Shown here: one piece after another, positions 8,647 to 18,531 of the stretch | Numbering within the stretch: the stretch's first letter is position 1 | How the letters are laid out: each line of letters opens with the position of its first letter | Virus record (IMG/VR): IMGVR_UViG_3300034418_001895 | Location: 1-41,399 of that record | Length of the DNA stretch: 41,399 bases | Strand: one strand, 5' to 3' | Source of the DNA: a virus | Taxonomy: Duplodnaviria; Caudoviricetes | Notes under the pieces: generated by a model | Seen by the model: the letters and a program-made list of their open reading frames with translations, nothing else | Database searches by the model: none | What the model was told of the DNA's origin: nothing | Program-made: the position numbers and the translations under genes

Positions 8647-9344
8647 TGGCCTACCTTCAGAGCAATATCCCTCACTTTAAGTGCTGGGTGCGGAAGGAGT
8701 ACACGCATAACCATGAGAAGTATCATGGTGAGTTCATCCACGCGATGGCGATTGCTGTAACGACCATGCCAACTCGATGCTTGTCGTTTCAGGTAATCTT
8801 TACAGGGGCCGAAACATACGACGATGACAGCGAGCAAAACGTACATGGAGGAGCAATGTGGGCGAGGATGCCGATCACGGCTTTGGTCGCTGACACGCCA
8901 CTTGACGATTGGCCTGAAGCAATGCCTGTCTGGGCTTGTCAACCTTGGGATTGCAGTTCTTATAATCACGCTACTTACGTGCTTGACCGCTGCACACCTT
9001 GCCCTTGGCTTGCTAAGATCGATGGCGAATTTTATCCAGCAAAGTATTATTTTACAGTGGATTATGCAGAAAATGAGATAGCGGATGATCCAGCTCAACA
9101 CAAGCAAAGCCATATTTTAGAGTTGCTTGATGCTGGTGAGTGGACGGGCAACATCGTTGCTTTACCCAATAACAGAGTACGGGTGACGCACCCTGCTTGG
9201 TTTGAGGCTGGGGATGGTGCCCCAGACTTTAAGCCTAGTCAGCATATCCACTACTCGAAAAGTGATTTAGACTATACTCTTGACGTAAATCAGGTTTTTA
9301 ACAACCTATACGCGGGTGACGAAGATGGCGGTAAGCGGAAGTAA
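8646..9344 (+). CDS. Conserved phage protein of unknown function (His/Cys/Trp-rich)
   Basis: 232-aa globular-looking ORF, GTG start overlapping the upstream TAG. Confidence 0.75.
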   Translation: MAYLQSNIPHFKCWVRKEYTHNHEKYHGEFIHAMAIAVTTMPTRCLSFQVIFTGAETYDDDSEQNVHGGAMWARMPITALVADTPLDDWPEAMPVWACQPWDCSSYNHATYVLDRCTPCPWLAKIDGEFYPAKYYFTVDYAENEIADDPAQHKQSHILELLDAGEWTGNIVALPNNRVRVTHPAWFEAGDGAPDFKPSQHIHYSKSDLDYTLDVNQVFNNLYAGDEDGGKRK

Positions 9345-10020
9345 AGATTTTGAATTAGACGTAGCAGACTATGTCGAAGAAGCGTTTGAGCGTTGTGGCT
9401 TGGAGCTTCGCACGGGCTATGATTTGAAAACCGCAAACAGGTCTTTGAACCTGATGCTTGCAGAGTGGGCCAACCGTGGCTTGAACCAGTGGACGATCAA
9501 TCAAAAAACTTTGGCCATGGTCAAAGACACCACCTCCTACACCATTGACGCAGTCACCCCAACCGCGACTATCGATGTCCTTGATGTCTTTATTCGGGAA
9601 ACGATCGGAGGCGTATCAACAGACGTGCCGATGACCCGCATGTCTCGGTCTGAATACGCCAATATGTCGGTCAAATCCAGCACGGGCAAGCCTAACCAGT
9701 ATTTTGTGGACAAGCAGATTAGCCCGACCATCACGGTTTGGCCTGCACCTGACCAGAACTCTAAGTACGACATTTACCTTAACGTCTTGAGCCGTATGGA
9801 TGATGCCGATGCTGGAGCGAATACACTGCAAATACCTTTTCGGTTTTATCCGTGCCTAGCCGCAGGTTTGGCTTACTACTTGGCCATGAAGCGAGCGCCT
9901 GACAAGGTACAGATGCTCAAAGCGTTGTACGAAGAAGAATTTCAGCGAGCACTGTCGCAAGACGAAGACAGAGCGTCATTTAGGGTAGCCCCTGATTTAC
10001 GTGGCTACACGATAGCATAA
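9325..10020 (+). CDS. Head-tail adaptor / tail tubular-type protein
   Basis: EEAFERCG...RSLNLMLAEWANRGLNQW...GKPNQYF...WPAPD...PFRFYPCLAAGLAYY pattern of podovirus neck proteins. Confidence 0.7.
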   Translation: MAVSGSKDFELDVADYVEEAFERCGLELRTGYDLKTANRSLNLMLAEWANRGLNQWTINQKTLAMVKDTTSYTIDAVTPTATIDVLDVFIRETIGGVSTDVPMTRMSRSEYANMSVKSSTGKPNQYFVDKQISPTITVWPAPDQNSKYDIYLNVLSRMDDADAGANTLQIPFRFYPCLAAGLAYYLAMKRAPDKVQMLKALYEEEFQRALSQDEDRASFRVAPDLRGYTIA

Positions 10021-10343
10021 TGGCTTATGCGTCGAACAAGAGGGCATACGGAATCTGTGACATATCAGGATTTCGTTATCGCCTAAAAGATATGAAGATG
10101 ACTTGGGATGGCCTTTTAGTTGGGCCAGACCAATGGTCACCAAAACACCCGCAGCTTATGCCCAAGCCTGCGCCCTTTGACCCGCAGGCATTGCAGATCA
10201 CAAGGCCAGACCAAGCTGCTGATGGGAACGATAACAATTTTTTCACCGTCTACACCAATGTGGGAGATGGAATTTTGGGCACAACTTTGCAAACTTTTGG
10301 AATAACCTGTAGTGTTGGTACTGTGGAGGTAACTACGTCATGA
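10020..10343 (+). CDS. Small neck-module protein
   Basis: AYGICDISGFRY...W.GLLV...W.PKHPQ motif; coupled to both neighbours. Confidence 0.65.
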   Translation: MAYASNKRAYGICDISGFRYRLKDMKMTWDGLLVGPDQWSPKHPQLMPKPAPFDPQALQITRPDQAADGNDNNFFTVYTNVGDGILGTTLQTFGITCSVGTVEVTTS

Positions 10344-10990
10344 GCTTCACTTTAGCAACGCTTAAATCGACCGTGCAGGATTACTTGCAGGTTAATGAAA
10401 CCACGTTCAACAACAACCTGAACACGTTTATTCAGGAGTCTGAAAGCCGAATCTTCAAGATGGTTCAGCTCCCAGAGCAAAGAAAAAACGTGCAGGGTAC
10501 GTTGACTGCGAGCAATCGGTTCTTGGCTACGCCGAGCGATTATTACGCACCGTTTTCGTTAGCGGTCATTGACGGCAATAACAAGTACCATTATCTGGAT
10601 TTCAAGCACCCATCATTCATCAAGGAATACAGCCCGATCACGACGACAACTGGTCGGCCAAAGTATTACTCTCTGTTTGATGAGGCAGCATTTGAGCTGT
10701 CGCCTGTGCCAGATTCTGGTTACACGGCAGAGCTGCACTACCTGTACAAACCAGCGTCTTTGACGGCTGGCAGTGATTCAGGTACGACACTTCTGTCTAC
10801 GGATCACCCTGATCCATTACTGTACGGCACCTTGGTTGAGGCTGCTGTGTTTCTCAAGGAAGCTCCTGACGTAATAGCCAACTTCGAGGCTCGTTTCAAG
10901 GAAGGCATATCTAGGATGAAGAATCTTAGCGAAGGCCGTGGAACCCGAGACGAGTACAGGTATGACTTATTACGAACAGGGGTGACCTAA
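10340..10990 (+). CDS. Tail tubular/adaptor protein (second paralog)
   Basis: GRPKYY...PVPDSGY..ELHY...LLYGTLVEA pattern, related to 9325-10020. Confidence 0.7.
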   Translation: MSFTLATLKSTVQDYLQVNETTFNNNLNTFIQESESRIFKMVQLPEQRKNVQGTLTASNRFLATPSDYYAPFSLAVIDGNNKYHYLDFKHPSFIKEYSPITTTTGRPKYYSLFDEAAFELSPVPDSGYTAELHYLYKPASLTAGSDSGTTLLSTDHPDPLLYGTLVEAAVFLKEAPDVIANFEARFKEGISRMKNLSEGRGTRDEYRYDLLRTGVT

Positions 10991-11713
10991 TTGGAACCAA
11001 TAAAAGAGTTAGAAGGTAAAAAGGTAGCGATTATAGGCTTGGGCGCAAGCCAGATCGATTACGTTATAGGAAAAGAAAACAGCGTCGAGTGGGACGAGGT
11101 CTGGGTCATTAACTCTGCCCTATCCGTCTTTGAGTGCGATAGGGTCTTTATGCTTGACCCGGCAAGCCGTTTTCTTGACACCGAAGATGCGGGAAACCAA
11201 ACGGAGGTTATGAGAAAACTACTGCCGAAGTTTGAAAAGCCGATTTATACGTGCGAGCTAGATGACCGAGTACCGGCGTTGGTTGAGTACCCTCTAGAAG
11301 AGGTCATCAAGGATCAGCGTTGCGCTTACATGAACACAACGGTTGCTTACTCGCTGGCTTTTGCGGCGTATAACAAGGTCGGTTCTGTTGACCTGTTTGG
11401 GATGGATTTTAGCTATAAGAATAACTTGCACTTTGCTGAAGCTGGCAGGGCATGTTTAGAGTTCTGGATATGCAAGATGATTGCCATTGGCATAAAGGTT
11501 GGGGTTAGCCCAAGGTCGTCGTTGCTAGACCAGAACGTGCCCCTTCAAGAGAGGCTTTATGGATACCACCGACTGGCTAATCCAAAGGTGGCAATGCCAA
11601 ACCCAGAGGGTGAGTGGGTTGTTTGTGATCGGTCTGAGTTGGCTCAGATGGTCAAGAAGCACAATCTAGAGACGGTGGAGTTGCCGTCATCACCAGAACC
11701 GTACAAGGGGTAG
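10991..11713 (+). CDS. Putative glycosyltransferase-like enzyme (sialyltransferase/DUF115-type fold)
   Basis: KVAIIGLGAS, VWVINSA, DRVFMLD, NTTVAYSL, VDLFGMDFSY motifs; TTG start. Confidence 0.5.
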   Translation: MEPIKELEGKKVAIIGLGASQIDYVIGKENSVEWDEVWVINSALSVFECDRVFMLDPASRFLDTEDAGNQTEVMRKLLPKFEKPIYTCELDDRVPALVEYPLEEVIKDQRCAYMNTTVAYSLAFAAYNKVGSVDLFGMDFSYKNNLHFAEAGRACLEFWICKMIAIGIKVGVSPRSSLLDQNVPLQERLYGYHRLANPKVAMPNPEGEWVVCDRSELAQMVKKHNLETVELPSSPEPYKG

Positions 11714-11717
11714 TCAT

Positions 11718-12002
11718 ATGTCGCAGGGAGATTTTCAGTTAGGACAGGTAATGGTTTCTACCACCGACAATCGCGGCCATGACGTGGATTTTTGGGCAAA
11801 AGAAACAACGAAAAAGATACTAGGTATTTCGGAAGAGGCAGCGCCTCACATTCGTTTGCAGGCGGAGGCTTTCCGAGATCAAGTTTATACCTTAATATGG
11901 ATGGGTATGAAAAACGCTGTAGCTTCTGACCGTGTAACAATTAGAGGCTTATTAGCATCTCAAGGGCATGAAGACATGGCAAAAATAATCAAGGAGCTTT
12001 GA
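11718..12002 (+). CDS. Conserved hypothetical protein
   Basis: 94-aa ORF packed between neighbours. Confidence 0.65.
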   Translation: MSQGDFQLGQVMVSTTDNRGHDVDFWAKETTKKILGISEEAAPHIRLQAEAFRDQVYTLIWMGMKNAVASDRVTIRGLLASQGHEDMAKIIKEL

Positions 12003-12003
12003 C

Positions 12004-12432
12004 ATGGCAATCACCAGTGCGATTCCTACCAGCTTTAAGCAAGAGTTGCTAGTAGGTACACATAACTTTACAGCCTCTACCGGAGACGCATTTAAGCTTG
12101 CGCTTTACACGTCTAGCGCGACTTTAGGCGCTGCGACTACGGCTTTTACCACAACCGGCCAAGCTAGTGGCACAAACTATACGTCGGGCGGTGGAACCAT
12201 AACATCGGTTACCCCAACCACTAGCGGGACGGTCGCCCTGTGTGATTTTGCCGACAAAACTTTTGGTACGGCAACAATCACGGCGAGGGGCTGTATGATC
12301 TACAATGACACCCAGTCGGACAAGGCTTGCGCGGTAATCGACTTCGGTGGCGACAAGACCAGCACTGCTGGCGACTTCACCATCGTCTTCCCTAGCCCAA
12401 CGGCTACCGGCGCGATCATACGGTTGGCGTAA
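12004..12432 (+). CDS. Tail structural protein
   Basis: MAITSAIPTSFKQELLVGTHNF...FKLALYTSSA...DFGGDKTSTAGDFTIVFP; AAGGAG RBS. Confidence 0.75.
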   Translation: MAITSAIPTSFKQELLVGTHNFTASTGDAFKLALYTSSATLGAATTAFTTTGQASGTNYTSGGGTITSVTPTTSGTVALCDFADKTFGTATITARGCMIYNDTQSDKACAVIDFGGDKTSTAGDFTIVFPSPTATGAIIRLA

Positions 12433-12438
12433 TGGCTC

Positions 12439-14337
12439 ATGCCGCTACAGACACTAGATTTTCAACCCGGCATCGACAAGGAAGGTACTGATTATTCAGC
12501 AAAAGGCGGCTGGGTAGATGGTAACCTCGTTCGGTTTAGAAAGGGCCGAGTCGAGAAGGTTGGTGGCTGGCTAAAGCTGGGCACCAACTATTACCTCGGC
12601 GTGGGTCGGGCGCTGCACTCTTGGATTAGTCTTGGGGGTGTGCGCTACCTCGGTGTTGGTTCTACGTGGAAGTATTATATCGAAGAAGGCAACAGCTACT
12701 ACGATATAACCCCTATCAGAGCGACAACATCTGCTGGCGATGTTACCTTTGCTGCAACCAACGGCTCATCCACAATCACGGTGACCGACACCGCTCACGG
12801 CGCGGTTAACAATGACTTTGTTACCTTTAGCGGCGCAGCATCTCTAGGCGGCAATGTTACTGCAACGGTTCTGAACCAAGAGTATCAGATATCTCTGGTT
12901 ACCAGCCCTAACACCTACGAGATCACTGCTAAGGATACCTCTGGCGCAACAGTTACCGCAAACGCATCCGATAGCGGCAACGGCGGCGCTAGCGTGGTTG
13001 GCGCTTATCAAATTAACGTAGGCCTAGATACTTTCGTAAAGTCGTCAGGCTGGGGCGTTGGTACTTGGGGCGCAGGCGGATTTGGCTCTGCGTCATCAAT
13101 CAGTTCAGTAAACCAGCTTAGGCTGTGGACGCACGACAATTACGGCGAGAACCTGATCATCAATCCTCGCGGCGCTGGGATCTACCGATGGGTTGAGAAC
13201 AGCGGAACCAGTATCAGGGCGCAAGAGCTTTCTCAGGTTAGCGGTGCCAACTTGGTGCCTACCGTCGCCTTGCAGGTAATTACCTCAGAAACCGACCGTC
13301 ATTTGGTGGTTCTGGGCGCAGACCCAATATCAGGTATCAGCAGGACTGGCGTGATTGATCCGATGTTGGTGGCATTTTCCGATCAAGAGAATGACTTGGA
13401 CTTTGAGCCAACAGCAACCAACACGGCAGGATCTCTACGATTATCCTCTGGCTCTTTCATCGTTGGCGGCATCAAGTCTCGCCAAGAGATCTTGATCTTT
13501 ACTGACACCAGCTTGTACAGCATGAATTTCATTGGGCCACCACTGACCTTTGCTATTAATTTAATTAATGAAGGTTCTGGCCTGCTCTCACCGAAGTCTG
13601 CCGTCAATGCGCCAAACGGCGTATTTTATGCCAGCAAGACGGGCTTTTACTTCTACAGCGGCTCAGTCAAGAGACTGCCATGCACCGTGCAAGAGTATGT
13701 CTTTGAGGATCTAGATCTAGACCAAGCGTTCAAGTGCCATATGGGTGTGAATACCGAGTTTAGCGAGGTCTGGTTCTTCTATCCAAGCCTACAGGACGGC
13801 ACTGGCGAGATTAGTCGTTACGTGATTTACAACTACGAGGAGAATCATTGGTCAATTGGTTCTCTGACCCGTTATGCATGGCTTGACGCAGGCATCGAGG
13901 ATTTGCCCTATGCCACGGCAACCAGCAGCTCTCAGCAGTGTGTCTTTGAGCATGAGACTGGCTTTGATGACAACCAAGACGCAATGACTGATGTCTACAT
14001 TGAGAGCGCGGACTTGGATATCTCTTCTGGCGATTCGTTTACCTTTGTCAAGAATATCATCCCAGATATGAAGTTTGTCACTCAGAGCGGCGTAAGCGTG
14101 AACCCTGCAATGAATATCGTGCTGAAGAGCCGAGACTATCCCGGGCAGAGCCTGACAACGGACTCAACCAGTCAGGTTACCCCGACAAGCACCTTCAGCA
14201 ATGTAAGAACCCGGGCGCGACAGGTAGCGTTTCGGTTTGAAAGTGATGATGATAATAATGCTGCCGACCAAAAAGGCTACAAATGGCGGCTTGGATCGAC
14301 AAGAATTGATATGCAACCGAGCGGCAGACGTGCATGA
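12439..14337 (+). CDS. Tail hub/nozzle (DNA stabilisation-type) protein
   Basis: 632 aa, beta-propeller-like repeats, FSDQEN, EVWFFYPS, YVIYNYEENHW motifs; inserted beta domain. Confidence 0.7.
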   Translation: MPLQTLDFQPGIDKEGTDYSAKGGWVDGNLVRFRKGRVEKVGGWLKLGTNYYLGVGRALHSWISLGGVRYLGVGSTWKYYIEEGNSYYDITPIRATTSAGDVTFAATNGSSTITVTDTAHGAVNNDFVTFSGAASLGGNVTATVLNQEYQISLVTSPNTYEITAKDTSGATVTANASDSGNGGASVVGAYQINVGLDTFVKSSGWGVGTWGAGGFGSASSISSVNQLRLWTHDNYGENLIINPRGAGIYRWVENSGTSIRAQELSQVSGANLVPTVALQVITSETDRHLVVLGADPISGISRTGVIDPMLVAFSDQENDLDFEPTATNTAGSLRLSSGSFIVGGIKSRQEILIFTDTSLYSMNFIGPPLTFAINLINEGSGLLSPKSAVNAPNGVFYASKTGFYFYSGSVKRLPCTVQEYVFEDLDLDQAFKCHMGVNTEFSEVWFFYPSLQDGTGEISRYVIYNYEENHWSIGSLTRYAWLDAGIEDLPYATATSSSQQCVFEHETGFDDNQDAMTDVYIESADLDISSGDSFTFVKNIIPDMKFVTQSGVSVNPAMNIVLKSRDYPGQSLTTDSTSQVTPTSTFSNVRTRARQVAFRFESDDDNNAADQKGYKWRLGSTRIDMQPSGRRA

Positions 14338-14645
14338 GCAGGCTGCTTGAGACAAGATTACCCTTCTCTTTGGGGGAATCTGTCAGCTCAGAAACTTTTA
14401 ATCGCTTGGTTCGCATTCTAGAATTGAACCTTGGGGCGGTGGATTTTACGATCTCGCCTCATTTTAACGCTGACGAGATTAGCGAGCTTCAATTTGCAAC
14501 GGGTAGTATAATCTTCAATACTACTAACCAAATACACCAAGCGTTTGACGGTAATAGTTTTAGAGACCTCTATAGCCATCAAACCTACCCTTCAGGCCAA
14601 GCGATTACGGCTTCAGTTGGGAATGTAACAGTGAGTACACCCTAA
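14334..14645 (+). CDS. Small tail-associated protein
   Basis: ATGA and TAATG coupling; GSIIFNTT motif; C-terminal ITASVGNVTV resembles the repeats of 40010-40726. Confidence 0.65.
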   Translation: MSRLLETRLPFSLGESVSSETFNRLVRILELNLGAVDFTISPHFNADEISELQFATGSIIFNTTNQIHQAFDGNSFRDLYSHQTYPSGQAITASVGNVTVSTP

Positions 14646-16768
14646 TGGATGAAATGCTACAAAACCGTATTAAAGGCCTTCTAGGCGGCGCGGACATGCC
14701 AAACTTGGTGACGACAGGCATGCCCTCTGATTCTGAGTTATCAGAGTATTCCTCGGTTTCGGTTCTGCCTGAGTCGCAAAGCGGAGATATGGTCGAGGGT
14801 AAGGATTACCTGAACATTGGCGGTCAGTTCTTTTGGCCTTGGGAGCTGGAAAGCGCCCTGCCAAACGGCTTTAGTGACACTAGGGCCATCTCAAGGTTTC
14901 TTGAGTCCCTGCCAGAAAAACCTGCCATCAAAGAATTGCAACGGCTGAAGGGTATCGTTGGGCAGGGCGACATGGTTTCTGATGATGAATATCGCAAGAA
15001 TAAATCAAAAAAGCTCCGCGATGCATTTAACAAAAAACAAATGCGTAGGACTGCTGATCTCGCCATGGGCGGCATGGGTAGAGGCGCAATCTCAGATGCC
15101 GATATGAAAGAGTTTCGCGGCATGGCTGAGGGCGGAGAAGTCGATCAAGGAGAAATGATGATGGAGTCATCACCAAACGCTGATCTAGAGCAGACAATAA
15201 TGATGCTCATGCAAGAGCAACAGATGACCGATGACCCAGACGAGCAAAAATCTTTGCAGGCTGCGGGTGAAAACTTACAAGCCGCAGCGCAAGCCCCAAT
15301 GGCAGAGCAGGCGGCAATGCTTGCAGCAGAAGGCCGTAACGGCGACACAAGGCTTGCCCACCTTCGGGTTGGCGAGGTGGTTCTACCCCCAGAAGCGTTC
15401 GAGGACGAGCAGTTCGAGAGCATGGTTGGTGCCAAGTTTAAAGAGCTAGACCTAGACCCAGAGCAGTACGTTGTAGGCGGCGGGATCGCAAGCTTAAACC
15501 CAATTACTGGCCTAGAAGAGTTCGGCTGGTTCAAGAAGACGTTTAAGAGTCTGAAGAAGGTTGTTAAGAAGGTTGCGCCAATTGCAATGTTTATCCCCGG
15601 AATCGGCACCGCGCTCGGCGCTGCACTCGGCGGTATCGGCGGCTTAGCTGGCGCAGGCATGGCTAAGATTGGATTGGGAGGCCTAGCAAGCACGATCGGT
15701 GGCGGTCTTAGCACCGCTTTAGGCGGACTCGGGTCTTTAGGAATACCGGGAATCTCTCCGATAGCTGGCGGCGCTGTTGCTGGCGGATCAGGGTCTGTAC
15801 TTTCCACAATCGGTGGCGCTCTAAGAAACCCGCTTGCTGGCGGAGTGTTTGGCGGAGCTGGTTCGACTTATGGTGGCCTTGATCCAAGCGTGGCGGGAAA
15901 CCAAGATTTCTTTAGAAGGACTTTGGATAAGTTCGTGAGTGCAGCGCCCAAAAACACTGCGGAATCCATTCAAAAAATGTTAGACGAGGGCGTGTCTCCA
16001 GAAGATATTGCAAAGCAGCTTGAAACCCAGCAGCCGGGGATTCTTCAGCAGTTTATGAGCGGCGTAGGCGGCATGCTAGGCATGGGCGCTGGCGGCGGCG
16101 GAATCGGAAGCCTGTTACCTCTACTCGCGGCGGGTGGCCTTGGCAAGCTGGCTTATGATGAAGCCAAAAACATGAGGGGCGTACCGTTAACCCCGCTTAC
16201 TCAGGAGGGTTCTACAGGTCGTTACAACATTGAAGCCGAGATTGCTCGGCGCTCAGGTCAACCTGCCCCTAACCCTGTCGAGTTTGGTTTACTCCCAGCA
16301 GGCACTTTACCCCCGCTTAGCGGCGGCAGGGCAACCCCTGAGACCGTTGCGGCAGATCCCGTAGGTGTTGCAGACCCTGCGATGGAAGAAGTTCCCGTCG
16401 CAGCCAGATACGGCGGCGCGATCATGTCAGCTAGAAATGGTGGGTACGTTATGCCCATGGCTTACAAGAAGGGCGGCAACGTGTCTACCGAAGACTTTGA
16501 GCGCATGAATGGCGGCATCAACGGCGAGGGCACAGAAACCAGCGATGATGTCCCAGCCATGCTGTCAGACGGCGAGTTTGTCATGACAGGCCAAGCGGTC
16601 AGGGGTGCTGGCGCTTTTGACTTAGCACAAGGGGATGGCGGGATCATTACGCTGACACCAAACGGCAGTGAAAGCCGTGACGGTGGCACAGCACTTATGT
16701 ACGAAATGATGGACTTGTTTGCCGAGTTTGCAGATAAGCCCAAGTCAAAGAGGGGGAAGGCAGCATGA
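14645..16768 (+). CDS. Internal virion / ejection protein
   Basis: GRNGDTRLAHL, NPITGLEEF, Gly-rich hydrophobic region, GTETSDDVPAMLSDGEFV motif. Confidence 0.7.
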   Translation: MDEMLQNRIKGLLGGADMPNLVTTGMPSDSELSEYSSVSVLPESQSGDMVEGKDYLNIGGQFFWPWELESALPNGFSDTRAISRFLESLPEKPAIKELQRLKGIVGQGDMVSDDEYRKNKSKKLRDAFNKKQMRRTADLAMGGMGRGAISDADMKEFRGMAEGGEVDQGEMMMESSPNADLEQTIMMLMQEQQMTDDPDEQKSLQAAGENLQAAAQAPMAEQAAMLAAEGRNGDTRLAHLRVGEVVLPPEAFEDEQFESMVGAKFKELDLDPEQYVVGGGIASLNPITGLEEFGWFKKTFKSLKKVVKKVAPIAMFIPGIGTALGAALGGIGGLAGAGMAKIGLGGLASTIGGGLSTALGGLGSLGIPGISPIAGGAVAGGSGSVLSTIGGALRNPLAGGVFGGAGSTYGGLDPSVAGNQDFFRRTLDKFVSAAPKNTAESIQKMLDEGVSPEDIAKQLETQQPGILQQFMSGVGGMLGMGAGGGGIGSLLPLLAAGGLGKLAYDEAKNMRGVPLTPLTQEGSTGRYNIEAEIARRSGQPAPNPVEFGLLPAGTLPPLSGGRATPETVAADPVGVADPAMEEVPVAARYGGAIMSARNGGYVMPMAYKKGGNVSTEDFERMNGGINGEGTETSDDVPAMLSDGEFVMTGQAVRGAGAFDLAQGDGGIITLTPNGSESRDGGTALMYEMMDLFAEFADKPKSKRGKAA

Positions 16769-18531
16769 GCATATTAACCCCAGCTCAGCTTGCTCGCGTT
16801 AGGCGGTTTGAAGAAGGCGGATCAACTGGCGATACAACGACGACCCAGCCTTACGTCTCTGGCGTAACCAAGACCGAGACCCGAATAGATCCGATAACCC
16901 AACAGCTATTGTTTGGCTTAGACGGTCAGGGCGGCTTTATCCCGGGAGCGTTCCGTGCGGCAGAGCGCACCTTCTTCGATGAAGAGGGGCGACCGATTGT
17001 CATACCGCAAGAGATTGCAGGCTTCAGCCCAGACCAGATCAGGGCTATGGAAATGGCCAGAGCCAATGTTGGCGTACAACAGCCATTCATCGACGAGGCG
17101 ATGCGGAGAGGCCAACAAGGTATCGGTTCTATTGAGCGAGGCTTGGCGGATCAAGCCGTAGCCTCTCAGCAGGCTCTACAGGCCCAGCAGGAAGGCGCTA
17201 GGTTCGCACTCGACCAAAGAGATCGAGGCTTGATGGAGTCTCTCAGAGGCACTCAGGAGGGCCGTGGACGGGCCATTGCCGCAGAAGAGCGTCTGCGTGG
17301 AGACATAAGCGACCTATCCCGCCGTGGTATAAGAGATACACAAAGATTTGGCATGGACTTGGCCAGTGCTCGACAGCAGGGCAGAAGGTCATATGACGAG
17401 TTCGGGCGCGATATCACGGATACTTTAGGCATGGGTATGTCAGAGGCCCAAAGGTATCGTAGCGGACTTGGTGAGTCTCAAGAGCTGCTTCGTGGCACTG
17501 CTGACAAAGAGTTTGACGTTGCATCAGCAACAGCCAAGTACCAAGACCCTTATGAGGATCAAGTCGTTCAGCAGATGATCGAAGATGCTAGAGAGGGCTT
17601 GGCCAAGCAGGATACGGCTCAGCTTGCTAGAGATATTCAAACCGGCGGACAGTCGGCCTTCGGCTCTAGGGCAAGGCTAACCGGCCAAGAGAGAGCCGAG
17701 GCAATGGGCAGGGGCTTGGGCAAGGCGATCGGTTCTTTGCGCTCACAAGGCTTTCAGCAGGCTCAGCAGACGGCAATCGGCGAGGACGAAAGGCAAAAGC
17801 AGGCAGCTAGAGCGGCTTCTTCTGGTCTTGCAAGCTTGCAGGGTCAATCTTATGGCGCAGGTAGAGACGTTACAGGCCAGATGGCTCAGGCGGCTGGGCA
17901 GAAGCTCAGCGCAGGCCAAGGCTATGGAAATCTACTCCAGCAAACCGCTCAGGCTCAGTTGGGCGCTCAGCAGCAACTAGGCGGTCAGTTAGGCCAGATG
18001 GCGCAGCAACGATACGCGGCTGGCACTGGCTTAGGTCAGACATTGTCTGGCTACGGTCAGCAGAGCGCGGCAGCAAGACAGGCGGCAGGGCAGACAGGAA
18101 TGAACGTAGCAGGCACTCTCGCTGGCCAGTACGGCCAAATCGGAGCGCAGCAAGCGGCTGGAGGTCAGGCACTTGGTCAGGCTCAGACGGGCTATGGCGG
18201 CTTCCTAAGTGGCCTTGGCAGTCAGGCTCAGCAGGCAGGCGCTCAGGATGTCGCTGCAATGCAGGGCATCGGAAGCATGGCCCAGCAGAACAGGCAGGCA
18301 CAGCTTGACGCGCAACGCGCTGGATTATTGCAAGCACAGCAGGCACCTCTGGCTCAGTACCAAGCCCTGATGCCATTTGTGAGCATGGCTCCATCAGGTC
18401 AGACGCAGTTTCAAACTAACTTTGGGCCTCCCCCGTCTGCTTTACAGGCAGGTGTTGGGACGGGGCTTGCAACGGTAGGTGCGCTAGGCAATTACTACAA
18501 CCCGTCTAGCCAGCTTTCTGGGAGTCGGTAA
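16765..18531 (+). CDS. Internal virion / DNA pilot-type protein
   Basis: Gln/Ala/Gly-rich helical repeats, YQDPYEDQVV and AFGSRA motifs, hydrophobic C-terminus. Confidence 0.7.
   Translation: MSILTPAQLARVRRFEEGGSTGDTTTTQPYVSGVTKTETRIDPITQQLLFGLDGQGGFIPGAFRAAERTFFDEEGRPIVIPQEIAGFSPDQIRAMEMARANVGVQQPFIDEAMRRGQQGIGSIERGLADQAVASQQALQAQQEGARFALDQRDRGLMESLRGTQEGRGRAIAAEERLRGDISDLSRRGIRDTQRFGMDLASARQQGRRSYDEFGRDITDTLGMGMSEAQRYRSGLGESQELLRGTADKEFDVASATAKYQDPYEDQVVQQMIEDAREGLAKQDTAQLARDIQTGGQSAFGSRARLTGQERAEAMGRGLGKAIGSLRSQGFQQAQQTAIGEDERQKQAARAASSGLASLQGQSYGAGRDVTGQMAQAAGQKLSAGQGYGNLLQQTAQAQLGAQQQLGGQLGQMAQQRYAAGTGLGQTLSGYGQQSAAARQAAGQTGMNVAGTLAGQYGQIGAQQAAGGQALGQAQTGYGGFLSGLGSQAQQAGAQDVAAMQGIGSMAQQNRQAQLDAQRAGLLQAQQAPLAQYQALMPFVSMAPSGQTQFQTNFGPPPSALQAGVGTGLATVGALGNYYNPSSQLSGSR

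Noticed and set aside
16480-16620. GTETSDDVPAMLSDGEFV motif as evidence for a tape measure protein and long tail
   Set aside because: No major tail tube, sheath or tail assembly chaperone genes were recognised; context favours internal ejection proteins.
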